DNA of 63,372 nucleotides, filler included, from Olpidium bornovanus S191 (Eukaryota; Fungi; Olpidiomycota): NCBI GenBank assembly GCA_017911155.1. It is 29 parts of 29 records of this genome, joined end to end, with 100 filler letters (N's around TTAATTAATTAA, not from the genome) between each part and the next. Parts side by side here need not be neighbours in the genome. Positions count along the whole stretch, not along the records: positions 1 to 1,543 come from JAEFCI010008150.1; positions 1,644 to 9,252 come from JAEFCI010006197.1; positions 9,353 to 10,744 come from JAEFCI010004909.1; positions 10,845 to 12,211 come from JAEFCI010001820.1; positions 12,312 to 13,576 come from JAEFCI010009425.1; positions 13,677 to 15,244 come from JAEFCI010012129.1; positions 15,345 to 16,617 come from JAEFCI010004790.1; positions 16,718 to 18,331 come from JAEFCI010008309.1; 21 more parts are not named here. One strand, 5' to 3'. Shown piece by piece: positions 1 to 17,344 of this stretch (position 1 is its first letter; each line of letters starts with the position of its first letter). The notes under the pieces were generated by a model. It saw only the letters and a program-made list of their open reading frames with translations, ran no database searches and was not told where the DNA came from. The position numbers and the translations under genes were made by a program.

Positions 1-1543
1 CATGCGGTCATATTTCTTTACAACCCGTCCAAAGCGTGGACGTTTGAGTATGTGAAGCAGAATTTGGCGGACGTGCCGTCAGAAGTGTCGGTCTTATTGC
101 TTGTAAGTTTGTAAACCCGCAGAGCTCCGTTTGGGAAGCCGGTCGCTGAATTGAGCGATGATCTGACTGTCGCCAATTATCGTCCGCGAAAGGAAAATTT
201 TCGGGATTTGAGAAAGTGAGGGCACCCTTTGGGTACGATTAGCTAAACTCTTGCACAATAGCTCACGGCTATAACGGTGAGTTGATGCAAACTTAGTAAG
301 CAGCGCGAGGTCCAACAGGAGCAGGTTGGCGACATTATCACCGAGCGGCGGCTTCAGGTCAAGGCTGAGTTTGGGCCATGCCAGGGAGGCCACGTACAGT
401 TTAGACGGATTAGCGCAACGACTGGACAAGGCTTTCAGTTTGTTCGGCAGTTTTTCGGTGTTCCGTTCTGCAACATCCAGGTCAGAAAACAACGAGCAGC
501 AGCCTGTTCGCAATTTCAGTCTTCCGAGGCTAATGGGGGAAACTGATTGTCGTGCGGTGTCAGATAGACGTGCTCCGGAGGCAGTTGGTTCAGAAGGAAG
601 AGGAACTCCGAAGGCTAGTCGCTTATCTGAAGGCACCGGAGAGTAGCCCGGGTACGACACCTGGTCTAGTTTGATCTTTGATGAAAAAGAGTAACTGCGT
701 CCGATGTCGGAGCTCCCATTAACAGCGTATAACTGTCTTGGGCTCTACACGTTCGCAGATACGAACGATTCGTCCGAGTCGGAAGATGAAATACCAGTGT
801 ACCAAAGATCGCCGGCGAGCTCCATCGAGTATTCCTCACACTGCCCGCCGCGTTTGGGAACTCCGCGAGCGGGAAGTATCTCGGTCGTGCCGAGCGTTAC
901 AACGGAACTTCGGACCACGCCGTCGTTGCGGACTGTGCCTGTTCATGTTTCGGGACTAAGGGCGCTTTCAGACGATTTCTTTGCGGACGTGGACGCTGGA
1001 GACGCCTTGCAGCACGGGAGCCTAGAAGACCAGCAGTGCAGGTCTGGCGAACGCCGGCATGCGCGCAACCCGATGGTCGCTGCCGATGAGGACATTTTCG
1101 AAGAGGATCTTTCCGGTAATACACTTCGCCTGGCAGCCTGCGGGAACGCGGAGCGAGAATTGTCCGCCAGCCGGGCCCGGCAGCAGGACGCCGGCAGCGG
1201 CTCGCTTCAGCCGAAATTATTCGAGCAGGGCGTCTCCGCGTTTTCCGACCGCGGCACCGACACGGTGCGCTCCCTGGCGACGTCGTCATTCTTATCACCA
1301 GCGGAGCACAGAAAGAACCATGAAAACGACCTGGCCGTGGCCTTCTCCTTGAAAAGGGTCGGCGAACCGGCCGAGCAGGCTGGCGTGAACCGGGATTTCG
1401 GGCCTGCAATGGTCGGCGCCACCCCGTGGGCCGATAGGGAAGGTGGGGATCGCGGCACCAGGGTTTTGGAGCCGCAACAGGTTCCGAAGCAACCTCGCTC
1501 CGCTCCGCCGTTGGTGGGCAATAGTTCTCAGGATGAGAGTGAA
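1..1543 (+). CDS. Rab-like protein 6 (RABL6/RBEL1)-like GTPase, partial, multi-exon, with a long Ser/acidic disordered tail (ORF 704-1543)
   Basis: Exon peptides HAVIFLYNPSKAWTFEYVKQNLADVPSEVSVLLL (1-102, then GTAAGT), ENFRDL, FRRISATTGQGFQFVRQFFGVPFCNIQ and IDVLRRQLVQKEEELRRL parallel the RABL6 motifs WTFNY...VP.HVPV.VLGN.RD and GL.YLHKFFNIPFLQLQRETLL.QL. Linking the tail ORF to this gene is inferred. Confidence 0.55.
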
Positions 1544-1643
1544 NNNNNNNNNNNNNNNNNNNNNNNNNNNNNNNNNNNNNNNNNNNNTTAATTAATTAAN
1601 NNNNNNNNNNNNNNNNNNNNNNNNNNNNNNNNNNNNNNNNNNN

Positions 1644-6071
<4,428 letters not shown>

Positions 6072-8639
6072 GCTCGGGCAACGAAGACAGTATCCAGTTC
6101 ACGCGTTTGCAAGCTGTGTTGCAGCAAAAGTAATCCAAATACCCCTTCTCTCGCTCTCCAAATCTTTTTCTATTGCTTTTTTCCATAGCAAACACTTATT
6201 CCCTTTTTGCATACTACACATACCTCCCAATCCATAGGTTGATGTTTCCACAACATCAACAGACGGCGTAGAATGTGTCTCTCTTTTTCTCTCGGCTTTT
6301 CTTTTCTTTACAGCATTCCGGCATTTGTGAGTTCCGCCGCGTAACGAAGGACACCATTCGATCATCGTAGTTTGTGTCGCCGGGCAGAAAAAAAAACCCC
6401 CCTCGTTCCTGCGAAAATCCGTGTGGCACACGGTTCTTCCAGAATTCCTGCTGCGAGTTACACGCGTCTTGCGGTTTGTTTGCCGCTGTTGAGAGCGATG
6501 ACCCGTGCGAAAACAAAAATTGCCCCGAACGGAGAAAACCAGGGGCGGGTTGTCCACCGCAGCCAGGGTTTCGTATCCTCGGAGGTAAATTTTGTTTTTT
6601 CAGTAAGTGCTCTAGCCGCACAGCACTTCCGGTTAACACATGCTCTAACGCTCCGGCTGACTCCAAATTGTTTGAACAATCTAAGTTCCCCTTTGGTCCG
6701 AAACGCTCGTCCGCTCAAAGATTTCCGTGGCGGTTATTAAACCGGTGCTAGATACAAAGGGATTAGCTTCATTGGAAGGGCGGCTAAGGTTCCGGTGTGT
6801 AGTATACCTTGAGGCATATCATTGTGTTCATGGCCGCTAGTGTTTCTTTTTTTTGGTTTCTGTTTGTGACCAGTGCTATGCTGCGCGCATTTTTTTTTGC
6901 CGTTTTTCTCTTTTTTTTTTTCTTTTAGCCCCTGGTGGTGCTCAATACAACCAGATTCTGGGCAATTTAGGAGTATGTGCAAGGGTGTAAGCGCGCGCAA
7001 TGCGCGGTCATGATTGAGACGCGAGGCATCATAATTCTGGCTTGCACCAGGCCCGTGATATTGAGATGTCCCGCGATCAGCATTACAGCGGCTAAGCGGC
7101 CGGAAAACCTACTTGATTCGCGGCGCGCGAATCATGCTAGAATTGTCCGCCTTTTTCCGAGCCAAGCTCCGTGTCGGCAATGCCGACGGGCCAGGAAGGG
7201 CCAGCAGTGGGAGCGGGCGCGTTTCCGGACTTCCGAATTCCCGTAAAATCTGGGAAAATTTTGGCGCGTTATGCGGGGAATTTGGGAAAAAATGACAAAA
7301 GGAAAAACGGCCGCAAACCGGGCTCAAGCGGCGAAAATCTTGTTTTGGCATGGTGCTACCTTCCTGCAGGGCGGCTTCGTGTCGTCGGCCCCGGCGTGTA
7401 CATCTGGCTGGCGATCTTGGCGGGCTAAAAAAACGGGGTAGGTGATTTTTATTCTTTTTCCGCTTGAAGGCCGTTACGGCGGAAAGGGCAAAACGGCACC
7501 GTGAAAACCGCATTCGTCTTGTGTGAGAGGGATCATTCTAGTCCCACCCCCGGATTTATACCGCGGTTGACGTCTTTTGAATCAGACGGGCGTTCAAAAG
7601 TCGGAGCTGACCCCCACTCGACAGAGTGGTTCTCCACAGGCGGCTACGGCGGATCGTGATGCGCAGTTATATCACAATGCAGGATAAACAAGTGTTGACG
7701 TGCAAAGAACCGTCCCCCCCGCTAGATGGGATGCAAACGCCGGAGATGAATTCGTACAACTGGAAGACGAAAGATAAATTAAAAGAGACCTCGGGGCAAG
7801 GCGGATTAATGTGAAACGGGGGGCCGACGGTTCAGAGGTGAACCCGCGGGAGTTTGGTTAAATCCGCGGAAAAGATATTGAGTCAAATGCAGAATTGCGT
7901 CAAATGCAGGGGGGGAAACGGCGGGCAGATTAACTCGATAGTATCGATACCGCCTTTCAGGAATGAATTGAGTGCGCCGGTGATTTGAGAGGAGCCGATG
8001 TAATGTCCGCGTGCGAGGAAATGAGAAGATGGCGAGCATTTTTGTTCAACGCGGCTTTGCTAAATGCGCGGCCGGGCATTGCGTTCACGCGTCCAAGAAA
8101 ACGTTCTTGCCCAACACGTCCGGGGCAGGGTGGCCGGACTTCAGCTCCCTGAAATACCTGCGGCGCCACCTCACTTTGTCGATGGTCCCGACGACAAAGA
8201 ACGAGCCGGCGACGCCGAACATGCAGATGAAAGTCTCCAAGCCGATTGGGGAGCCGACGAAGTCAGTGCCGCGCGGGCTGGGATTGTCCGGTTCCGTGTC
8301 CGCCATCGCCGACACCGGCAAAGCCTGTTCTCCCGCCATCGACCGCGAGGCGGAATCTGCGTCCAGGTTTCCGGTCAGGAACGGCCCAAACGGCTTCCGG
8401 GGAACGTCTGCGCGGACTGGCATGTTTACGACATCGTTCTCCGGAGCAAGCATGAACGGACGCGGGTCCCCGCTGATGATCATGACGTAGTCCGTCGGCA
8501 TCAAGTTCGTTAAAACAGCCGGCGCTGAAAACGTTTCGGTTTTTCAGGCGATTAAAAAACCGCGCCGTACCAACCCGTTTTCTGGCAAAAAGGAGGGAAA
8601 AAGCAAAACAAAAAAATCCCCTTCCCAAAAACGGTTTCT

Positions 8640-9252
8640 AAAAGAAGAAGAAAAAAAAGAAACCAAAAAATGCACAATTGAAACCAAAAGCTAGAATCAA
8701 AAACCTATAACCAAAGAGAAACAAAAAACAAACAAAAAACCAAAGAAAAAAACAAAAAAGTAAAAAAACTAAGAACTAAAAACCAACCAACCAAACAAAA
8801 AAACAAAATACAAAATACAAAAACCAAAAACCAAAACCAAAAACCAAAACCAAAAACCAAAACCAAAAACCAAAACCAAAAACCAAAACCAAAAACCAAA
8901 ACCAAAAACCAAAACCAAAGACCAAAAACAAAAACCAAAAACCGAAAACCAAAAAACAAAACCAAAAAGCGACAACCAAAAAACAAAAACCATAATCTAT
9001 AAACAAAAAAACAACCAAAGGAAAAGCAAAACCAAAAACAAAACATAAAACGAAAACCCAAAAGCAGAAAACCAAAATCAAAAACAAAACAAAAACAAAA
9101 ACCCAAAAGCAAGAAAAAAGCAAAAACAACGAAAAAGAAAAAACAAACAAAAAAAGAACTAAAAAAAGAACAAAAAAATGAAAAAACCAAAAAAAAACAA
9201 AAAAAAACCAAAAAAAAACCAAAAAAAAACAAAAAAAAAAACCAAAAAAAAC
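8640..9252. repeat. A/C-rich low-complexity tract with a core (CCAAAA/CCAAAAA)n microsatellite
   Basis: Alternating C2A4/C2A5 units around 8820-8930 within an almost G/T-free stretch at the contig end. Confidence 0.85.
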
Positions 9253-10419
9253 NNNNNNNNNNNNNNNNNNNNNNNNNNNNNNNNNNNNNNNNNNNNTTAA
9301 TTAATTAANNNNNNNNNNNNNNNNNNNNNNNNNNNNNNNNNNNNNNNNNNNNCCACCGCCCACCACCCCCACTCACACCCCCAAAAATATAAAAAAGGCG
9401 ACGCCGGTTGCTGAGAAAAAAAAGACACGCCACAACAAAAGAGACGCATACAGAGGAAAGTGCGGTTCTCATCACGCGATCAGCAACATTTGCTGTCTTC
9501 ACTGTCGCTGTCGAATCAGGCGCCTGCGTCTGCCGCGGCAGTTTTTTCGGTTCCTTCCCCCTCCCCCCCATTCGCCAAGTGCCGTTTAGTTCCGACGGGT
9601 GCGCTCTGTTTCTTTCGTTTCTTTTTTTCTTCTTTGTTATTTCCACTTTTATTCCGGCAACCAGATTTTTTTTATGGCGGCTTGGATTTGGGGATTCGCC
9701 GGGTTCACATTCGATTTCGTCGTGCAAGATTTGGGAAAACACGCACGCTAGCCTCCGCATAAAAAATCATAGAAAAATAAAGAATGTATGAACATTAAAT
9801 GATGAAAGTAAACTAAAAATGAAATAGACACAAAAAGTTGACGCAAATAATTTAAAAAGTAAGTTTTGAAAGTAACAAACAATAAAAAATTAGATACACA
9901 AGAAATAGAAGATGAAGTACATAAAATCAAAAAAAAAATAAAACTCAAAAGTTAAACAAATAAAAAAAATAAAAAAAAACTTAAAAAATATACAAGAAAT
10001 GAAAGAAAATAAAATTTATACGAAGTGAAAAAACAGACAAAATATGAAAATAAAAACAATAAAAAATAAACAAAATAAAATATGAAGAAAAGAGGCGCGC
10101 GCGTGTTCGAAAAACAAAAGTGTGTCGGCATCCTCCCCGCCGTCCCAAAAAACAGACGACAAGGGCCACATCCAAAACTCAAGGTAATCCATGAACCTAT
10201 ATCTGCGGGAAAGAGCACAACGCCGCGTAGTGTAAATCGGCCGAGTGGGCGGCGAATTGTTTGTTAGACCCGCTGGGTTCTGATGTTCTTGTGCTGGTCT
10301 TGCTTATGGGCGAGATGATTGAATATAGGGCAAAAACTTATTATACGCAGAATTATATGCGACAAAGCATTGATAAATTGCGACGGAAATCTCGCGTATC
10401 AGACAGATTCAGAAAATAC

Positions 10420-10735
10420 TATATCAATGATCATACACTTGGGCGTGGGGACGAGCTGCAGTTGAGAGCCGGTTGAATTCAGCATTGTACTTGACAATGC
10501 TATTGTAATTGGCGAACCGGCAGGCGAAAAGTGAATCGTAGATCTGGGCCTCCTCACACCAAACCATCGCAGAGTCTCTTCCACGATGGGATGTGGCCGG
10601 AATCTCCGACCGGATGGTCGCGCGCATGGTCCAACCACCAATCCTGCGCAACGTCGGTAAGCTTGTAGCAGAAGGTCGTTAAGGCGGCCTTCTCGGATAG
10701 GCCCGCCTCCCGTACGAGAACCAGGTAGAGCTCAT
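10420..10735 (-). mobile_element. Degenerate LTR-retrotransposon (Ty3/gypsy-type) gag fragment
   Basis: The minus strand reads ...LTTFCYKLTDVAQDWWLDH...HIPSWKRLCDGLV*, then a shifted frame EEAQIYDSLFACRFANYNSIVKYNAEFNRLST. This matches the Retrotrans_gag pattern A..WW...W..L...L.....SV.EY...F..L, with a stop and a frameshift. Confidence 0.6.
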
Positions 10736-11129
10736 TTTTATTAANNNNNNNNNNNNNNNNNNNNNNNNNNNNNNNNNNNNNNNNNNNNTTAATTAATTAA
10801 NNNNNNNNNNNNNNNNNNNNNNNNNNNNNNNNNNNNNNNNNNNNACAGGAAAGATGCTGCTGACCACCCCAAAGTTGCGGGGCGATCCTTGATTGGCGGA
10901 AAGTTACACCGACGTGTCGCGTATATCTTGTCAGGTGGACAAGGGGGAGTACACGCGCCGTCATGGGAACCATATGGAGAGTTTTTTTTTTTTTTTTTTC
11001 ACACGAAGGTATTACCAGCAGTGGCGAAATGCACGCCAGCGACTGGCCCCAATCAACTGCAAAATGCAGCTGTGGCGCCGGACGAACCGGCCACCGGGAA
11101 AACACAAGACGAACCGGTCGCCTGTGCTG

Positions 11130-11800
11130 CAGTCGAAATCCCTGTTGTCGAGCCCCAAATAACCTGGGAGGCACTCGAGTCATCTCATCACACACAGTGG
11201 ATGGAGGCGATTTACACGAGAACTGGATGCCCGAAATGACACACGGGGGGCGGGGTTGTTGTTGTTGTTGTTGTTGTTGACAGGATCGATGCAACAAACT
11301 CAAAAGTATACACCGCCGATTTCAAATGGGTATTCAAAATCAAACGCAACCGCGGCGGTTCGACCAAAAAATACAAAGCACGGCTCGTTGCACGGGGATT
11401 CACCCAGCAACGCAGTATTGATTACGACGAGACATATGCCCGAGGGTGCGTTTCAACTCACTTAGAACATTGTTGGCTTGGGCAGCCGCTCGCAATTATG
11501 AGATTCATCAGATGGACATTGCGACAGCTTTTAGGAAAAGCAACAGACAAGCCTGCCGTAATGCCGCTTCCCACCGTCACCCCCGGTGGTAACAGACACG
11601 TCGTGCGATTGCGAAAATCGATCTGCGACCTACAACGGTCTCCCAAGCTCTCTGAAACGGCACACTTGGACGCATTTCTAAAACAATTGAGTTGGGCTTC
11701 GGGAAATTCGCCCAAAAATGGAGGGACTATACACACGCGCTGGCACCGAAGTCCTGGAGATCGTTCTCATGTACGTCAACGATTTTGTTACCATCGTGCC
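11130..11800 (+). mobile_element. Degenerate Ty1/copia reverse transcriptase fragment
   Basis: VEPQITWEALESSHHTQWMEAI; KWVFKIKRNRGGSTKKYKARLVARGFTQQRSIDYDETYA; VRFNSLRTLLAWAAARNYEIHQMDIATAF; VVRLRKSICDLQRSPK; IVLMYVND (copia YVDD). Several frameshifts. Confidence 0.92.
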
Positions 11801-12058
11801 AGCGGCTGACGCGACTGTTTGTGTACACGCAGTGCCCAGTCTATAGGGACAACGGTCACAATATTCTCGGGCGAAGGGGAGTTCTGAAATACGATGGATC
11901 ACCCTCCAAAGGTTTTCCCATCCCCCCTCCTCCTCTTACACTCCGCCTCGAAGAATAATCAATAAGCAAAACGTGAAATCGGGCACAGGCTTTTTTCGTC
12001 ACGTGACCGGCGGGCCTTCTTTTCCCTTCACCCGCTTCGCGACAAACGCGGCGGGGGG

Positions 12059-12095
<37 letters not shown>

Positions 12096-12487
12096 CCCCC
12101 AGGGGGCGGTCTCCCCCCACGGACATCAACCCCCGGCAGGACCCTCCCCCCGCCCCCCCCGAGAATCCGGATCCTTTGGTGGAAGGGGGTTTTACCGCGC
12201 GGCCTTGCGCCNNNNNNNNNNNNNNNNNNNNNNNNNNNNNNNNNNNNNNNNNNNNTTAATTAATTAANNNNNNNNNNNNNNNNNNNNNNNNNNNNNNNNN
12301 NNNNNNNNNNNCATGCTAGTATACGTATGCATAGAGAGAATGATGCCCCGACGCGCTCTAAGTGAATATAACCACTCCAGTATGAGGGGGCAAGTATTAT
12401 CTAGTTGTTAAGTGGCAATGCAGATGTTTGTGTGGATTGATGGCTGAAACGAGCTCCAAGCAAAGAGTCGTCGTAGGAGCGTGAACA

Positions 12488-13400
12488 TTAATCGAGGGCA
12501 TTCCGCATTGCGGCTTTGACTTTCTGGATTCCGCCCTGGGCATTCGAGATGGCCGTCTTGGCATTATTGACGTTCAGCTGAAGTTGAGCATCAACGGTGC
12601 TGCCGCAGAGTGGGGAAGGTTAACATCACACGCTGCGACTGGCGCACAAAACGGCCGGCGGCGCCTAGCAAATCGAACCCCGAACCAGAAATCCGCCGAG
12701 CCTTTCCGCGAAGGGCCATTCGGGAGGAAAGGGGGGGGGGCGGCCGTTGTGGAGAGTATAAACTCACTTTCCGGCGGCTCGCACGAAACCGCCGATGTTC
12801 TGCGCGGCGTCTCTGATGCCCGCGACAACACGAAACTGATCGCGACGGCGAGGCACGTTGCCTTTTTTGATGGCGGCCTGGATGTTGTTCACCCCTTTGG
12901 TCGCCGACTGGAGGTTTCTTTTGGCCTGCTGAGCCAGCTTCCTTAGTTTCCTGGATCTTGGTTTTTAGCAAAGAAAAAAATAATAATAAAAAGAAAAAAG
13001 ATTCGTCAGTTTTCAGTTTAACGGGGACTCCAAAAAAAAAAAACAAAAAAAAAACTGGCCGGGTGCGCGCCCGAAGGGGCGGGAGATGGGAGGAAGGGGG
13101 GGGGAACAGGGGTAGGTGGGGCACCAAGGCTCGCAAAAAACCGCGCGGGAAACCAAGGGTTTACAGACAGCAACTCACTTCGACTGCTGGATGATTAGGT
13201 TGCACGAGTTCAGAGCGTCGCTGACTCCCCGGGCGACCTGCAGACGCCCGATCTCAAGGTCGCTCAGCTGCTTTGGCGTGGCCTTAATTTCCGCTCCACC
13301 TGCCGCGGCAGCAGTGTCGGACTTCCCTCCCTCTCCGCTCGATTTGTTGGGCTCCGGCACAGGCGCTGGGCGGGTGACCGCGGGGGGGATCGGTCGCGGG
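12488..13400 (-). CDS. Hypothetical Ala-rich alpha-helical protein, 3 or more exons, 5'-truncated, one apparent frameshift
   Basis: Exon-like segments LSDLEIGRLQVARGVSDALNSCNLIIQQSK|GTGAGT, LAQQAKRNLQSATKGVNNIQAAIKK/NVPRRRDQFRVVAGIRDAAQNIGGFVRAAG|GTGAGT, and TVDAQLQLNVNNAKTAISNAQGGIQKVKAAMRNALD*. Confidence 0.45.
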
Positions 13401-13463
13401 GTGCCAAAAAAAAAAAAAAAAACGCGTCGGCCGGCTTTACGCAGAGAGAAAAAGCAAAAAACC

Positions 13464-13494
<31 letters not shown>

Positions 13495-15846
13495 TGGGCG
13501 GCGGGGGCGGACGACTCTGTCTGAAGAAGAAGGTGGGGGGGGAGGGGCGATGTGGGGGGCGGAGGGGGGGGAACGCNNNNNNNNNNNNNNNNNNNNNNNN
13601 NNNNNNNNNNNNNNNNNNNNTTAATTAATTAANNNNNNNNNNNNNNNNNNNNNNNNNNNNNNNNNNNNNNNNNNNNCCAGGTCGCGCGTCCAAAATGAAA
13701 CGCGTCGCCGGCTCTTCCCTCCCCCTCCACCCCTCCCTCTTCTCTTCCCCCGCGCTTTTTTCCTCGCGTGTGCAGGTTATTTTTTCGTTGTTCACAAAGT
13801 TTCTCCCCCCAACCCCACAGACCGCGTGTCCGAAAAAGAATAACGCGCCGCTGGTTAATCCCCCCCTTCCCACCCTTCACCCGCGCGCTATACCATCTAT
13901 CTTTTACACATTATTTATCTAATCTAATTTCCTCGTGCGCACGGGGGGAAACTCACCGCTTCAGTCGCCTCGGCGGCGAGCGCGTCGTGGTCCGGGGCGG
14001 CGAGCAGCGGGGGAGGTGGGGGCGGTGGGGGGGTGGGGCGGGGCGGGGGGGGGGGGGGGGGGCGGGGGGGGGGGGGGGGGGGAGCAGCCGTCAGTATCTA
14101 AGGTTTTGTCAGCGGGGGACCGCGTTCAGTTTTTCTTTTTCTCGCTCTTCTGTGTACCCTCTCCGTCGTTTCCCCGCCCCCTTTATATTCGCCGTTCATC
14201 TTTTGACAGTTTTGTGTGTTTTTTTTTTCTTGTTTTGTTTTCGACGGGGGTGAAGCGGGATGGGACCCGGCTTTACACAGTCGGCGGTGGTCACGTGATT
14301 GGAAAGTTCCCAATTTGGTACTCAAGGCTCACCAGACGCCGGGCACGACCATCAAGCGGCAGCATATTTCGTGGTCTGCATACGGGCCGGCGGTGCAGTG
14401 GGAAGGCCCACGGGTGGGGGCAGTGGAGAGGGGGTGGGTTGGTGTGTTCTGTTCGTGGGCAGCTGTCGCGATCCGCAGCAGGGGGAGCTGGGTGTCGGTT
14501 TCTCCCCAGCGCTCCCGCCATTTGTTTTTCCGCGCTTTCCGCCCCGTTTTCACTCGCCGCGGGTTTTCCTTTCTCCGTTTTTTTCCTCCCGCGCGAGCGC
14601 TTGTCCTGCGGCGGAGAGGCGGGGGAAGGCGGGTGGCGGTTGGCAACTTGACATGTCACTCGCTCGCCCCTCCCCAACTCCAAATCCCCGTTGCCGCTCT
14701 GCCGAGGCCTTTGACTCTTACCCCCCCCCCAACCCAAAAAAAAAAAAAAGAGCGAAAAGAAAAATCCGATGGGCGCAGCTGAACTCGCAAATACGGACCC
14801 GCTCTGTGCCCGGGGTCCGCTTCAGGGGCCGGGCGCCAGCACTCGGTGTGGAGGTGTCTGTGTCGGGCCTCAATTCCTTTTTATATTTTTTTTTTATGAT
14901 TTCTGTTTTGTATTTTCGAGCTACCGCGTGCGAACGCCAGGACGAGAGAGAGCAAACGTCTTCCGGCCGGTCCGTTTCGGCTTCAGGGTGAGCACTCGAG
15001 CTACTGGCGACAAAGGACCAGTCCAGCGAGGGAGCGGGCGGGGCGGCGGGGAAGGAGGAGGAAGGGGAAGAGGGTCGCGTGCTACAAGCGAGGTTCCCGG
15101 CCTCCGGAAACAAAAAAAAAAAAAAAAAAAAAAAAAAAAGGACGGCGGGTTGGGAAAAGGGGGGGCCTTTAAGGGGCGGGGGAGGGCAGAAATAAACGAC
15201 GGGGGGGCCCCCGCCTGAGGGCCCCGGTCCCCCAAAAAAAAAAANNNNNNNNNNNNNNNNNNNNNNNNNNNNNNNNNNNNNNNNNNNNTTAATTAATTAA
15301 NNNNNNNNNNNNNNNNNNNNNNNNNNNNNNNNNNNNNNNNNNNNCGACCCGGGCGCCTGCTTCTCCATCTTTTGCGTGCGGTTTGTTCCTTTAATTCTTT
15401 TTTCCTTGTCTTCCCGTCTCATGTACACCAATTCCTTCCAAATTTGCCTCCTCTTTTTTTTTTTTGTTTCTTTTTTCTTCTTTCTTTCTTTCTTTTTTTT
15501 TTCTCTCCCTCTCGAACGTCCACGTACTGCTGCGACTTTGTATTTATAAAGCGGACCTCACGTGGCATTATCGCAACGGAGGATGGATAAACAGGGGGTC
15601 CGCAAAACCCTAATGAGCATCTGGTGTGGCGATATATGATTATGTCCCAAACTGTGAAAAACATTTTTTGGGGGGGTGTCAGGGCGGGGGCCTTGCCCGC
15701 CCCGCGCGCGTTTCAGTTCCATTTGAGCGTTCCTTTTTTTTCCCACCTGCTCGGACGCGGCCGGTGGACGGTTGGAGGAGGGAGGGGAGAGTGGGGGGCC
15801 CGGGCGGGGAAAGACGCGTCTTAATGAAGTCGTCGACAGAGCGTGG

Positions 15847-16260
15847 TCACTTCGACCGAGCGAAATCGTCGAGCGCTTCCCCGGTTAACCGGAACAGTTT
15901 CCACTCGTGCAACAGGACGACCTTGATCTTGTCGACGTAGAAGTCGATGGCAGGGGTGTTCCTTTGAGGAAAAGAGCGGCGGAAAGGTGGGGGAGGGCCG
16001 GCGGGGGGGGGGAGGTTGTGGTGTCAACGGAGGGGGGTCATACGCGCACTGCGCGCGCGCGGAAGGGAGGGGAAAGGGCGGTTCCTTCTTTTCCTCACCA
16101 GTCCAACGCGGCCCACTCCACCCTCAAGCAGCCCGACTCCACCGCGAGCCCGGCGAGGTGCCGCAGGAGGGCGGTGCCGACGCCCCTTCCCCTCGCGCTC
16201 TCCGTCACCACGAGGTCCTCGAGGTATATCCCCGGCTTGCCCGTCCACGTCGACTTCGTG
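15847..16260 (-). CDS. GNAT acetyltransferase, diamine/spermidine N-acetyltransferase (SSAT/Ats1) type, 3' exons
   Basis: STWTGKPGIYLEDLVVTESARGRGVGTALLRHLAGLAVESGCLRVEWAALDW | NTPAIDFYVDKIKVVLLHEWKLFRLTGEALDDFARSK*: acetyl-CoA motif A (RGRGVG) and the SSAT motif W...W.N.PAI.FY. Confidence 0.9.
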
Positions 16261-17344
16261 CGAAAAAGAAAAAAAAAAAAAATAAAAGAGAGGGAGCGAG
16301 AGAGAGAGAGAGAGGTAAAGACGGTGGAAACGACGTCCAACCCAGCCGCACCTTACGCGCGCGCGCGCTCTTGCTCGCTCAACTCGCTCACAGCTTTCCG
16401 CCAAACAAAAAAAAAGATAGAGAACAGAAAAAACCAACCATCCCCCCCACTTCCCCCCCGCTCTTACTCTCCTCCCCGACCCGGCGGGGGGGGGGAGGGG
16501 GGGGGGGGGCGGCCGCGCGACAGAAAGGCCAAACAAGAAAAAGATTCAGAAACACGTTCCCAAAATCGGGATAAGAGGGAAACGGTCTACGCGCGCCACC
16601 CCGCCGACCCCCTTGCGNNNNNNNNNNNNNNNNNNNNNNNNNNNNNNNNNNNNNNNNNNNNTTAATTAATTAANNNNNNNNNNNNNNNNNNNNNNNNNNN
16701 NNNNNNNNNNNNNNNNNAACACTTTCAACCTTGATCTTCTCGTTGTAGGTAAACATGTGGTTCTGAATTCGCCGAGGAAGGTGTGTGAGAAGGCAAGGAG
16801 TTGGGCGCGACTTCTGTGCCAGGGGACGTATTTTTTTTTTTTTCCGGGCAAAGCATCCAGATTATCCCGTAAATCGAGCGCATTCCTGTGGCAAAATGCA
16901 GATCTTGTGGGATAAGTTTGTCTACGTGCCCGCGTGGACACCAATCACAAACATCTGTGGCAGCCAGAGAGACCGACCGCAAAATCCGACCGCCCGCTTG
17001 TTTCGCAGGTTTTGCACCCAGGCACACGCAGCAAACGCTTCTTCGACGTGTCGTCAACGGACGTGCCCACGCTGCGCTTTTCGCCAATTTACCGAGATAT
17101 GATAATTTATTTTAACGACCTTCTATTCCCTAAATTTTTACATTGTAAGTAATAAAAATTCATGGTAGCTAGATTTAATGCACATACTCCGCCAGTTATC
17201 TTTCAAATGGCCAATATCTATAGATTACTTACTTTCGTCTCAACAATACCAAAATATTGTAAGTCTCAAAAAGTATTGTGCTAGCCAAATCTAACACACT
17301 TAATTTTATCTGAATGTGATGTTAACTTACCAAATTAGCACTCG

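Noticed and set aside
1588-1599. TTAATTAATTAA as a recurring biological palindrome or PacI-site motif
   Set aside because: It always sits at the centre of N44...N44 and is a synthetic six-frame stop linker.
8085-8504. Single-pass membrane protein ORF on the minus strand
   Set aside because: It is short, with competing ORFs of similar length on the plus strand, and has no recognisable family or splice support.
8640-9252. Telomere repeat, and the Phe/Val-rich membrane-protein ORFs 8705-9232
   Set aside because: The C-rich strand points toward the contig's right end, the wrong polarity for a telomere, and the units are irregular. The ORFs are translations of low-complexity DNA.
16718-17152. 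Exons of a conserved gene
   Set aside because: Splice-like signals exist, but no frame combination gave a recognisable protein.
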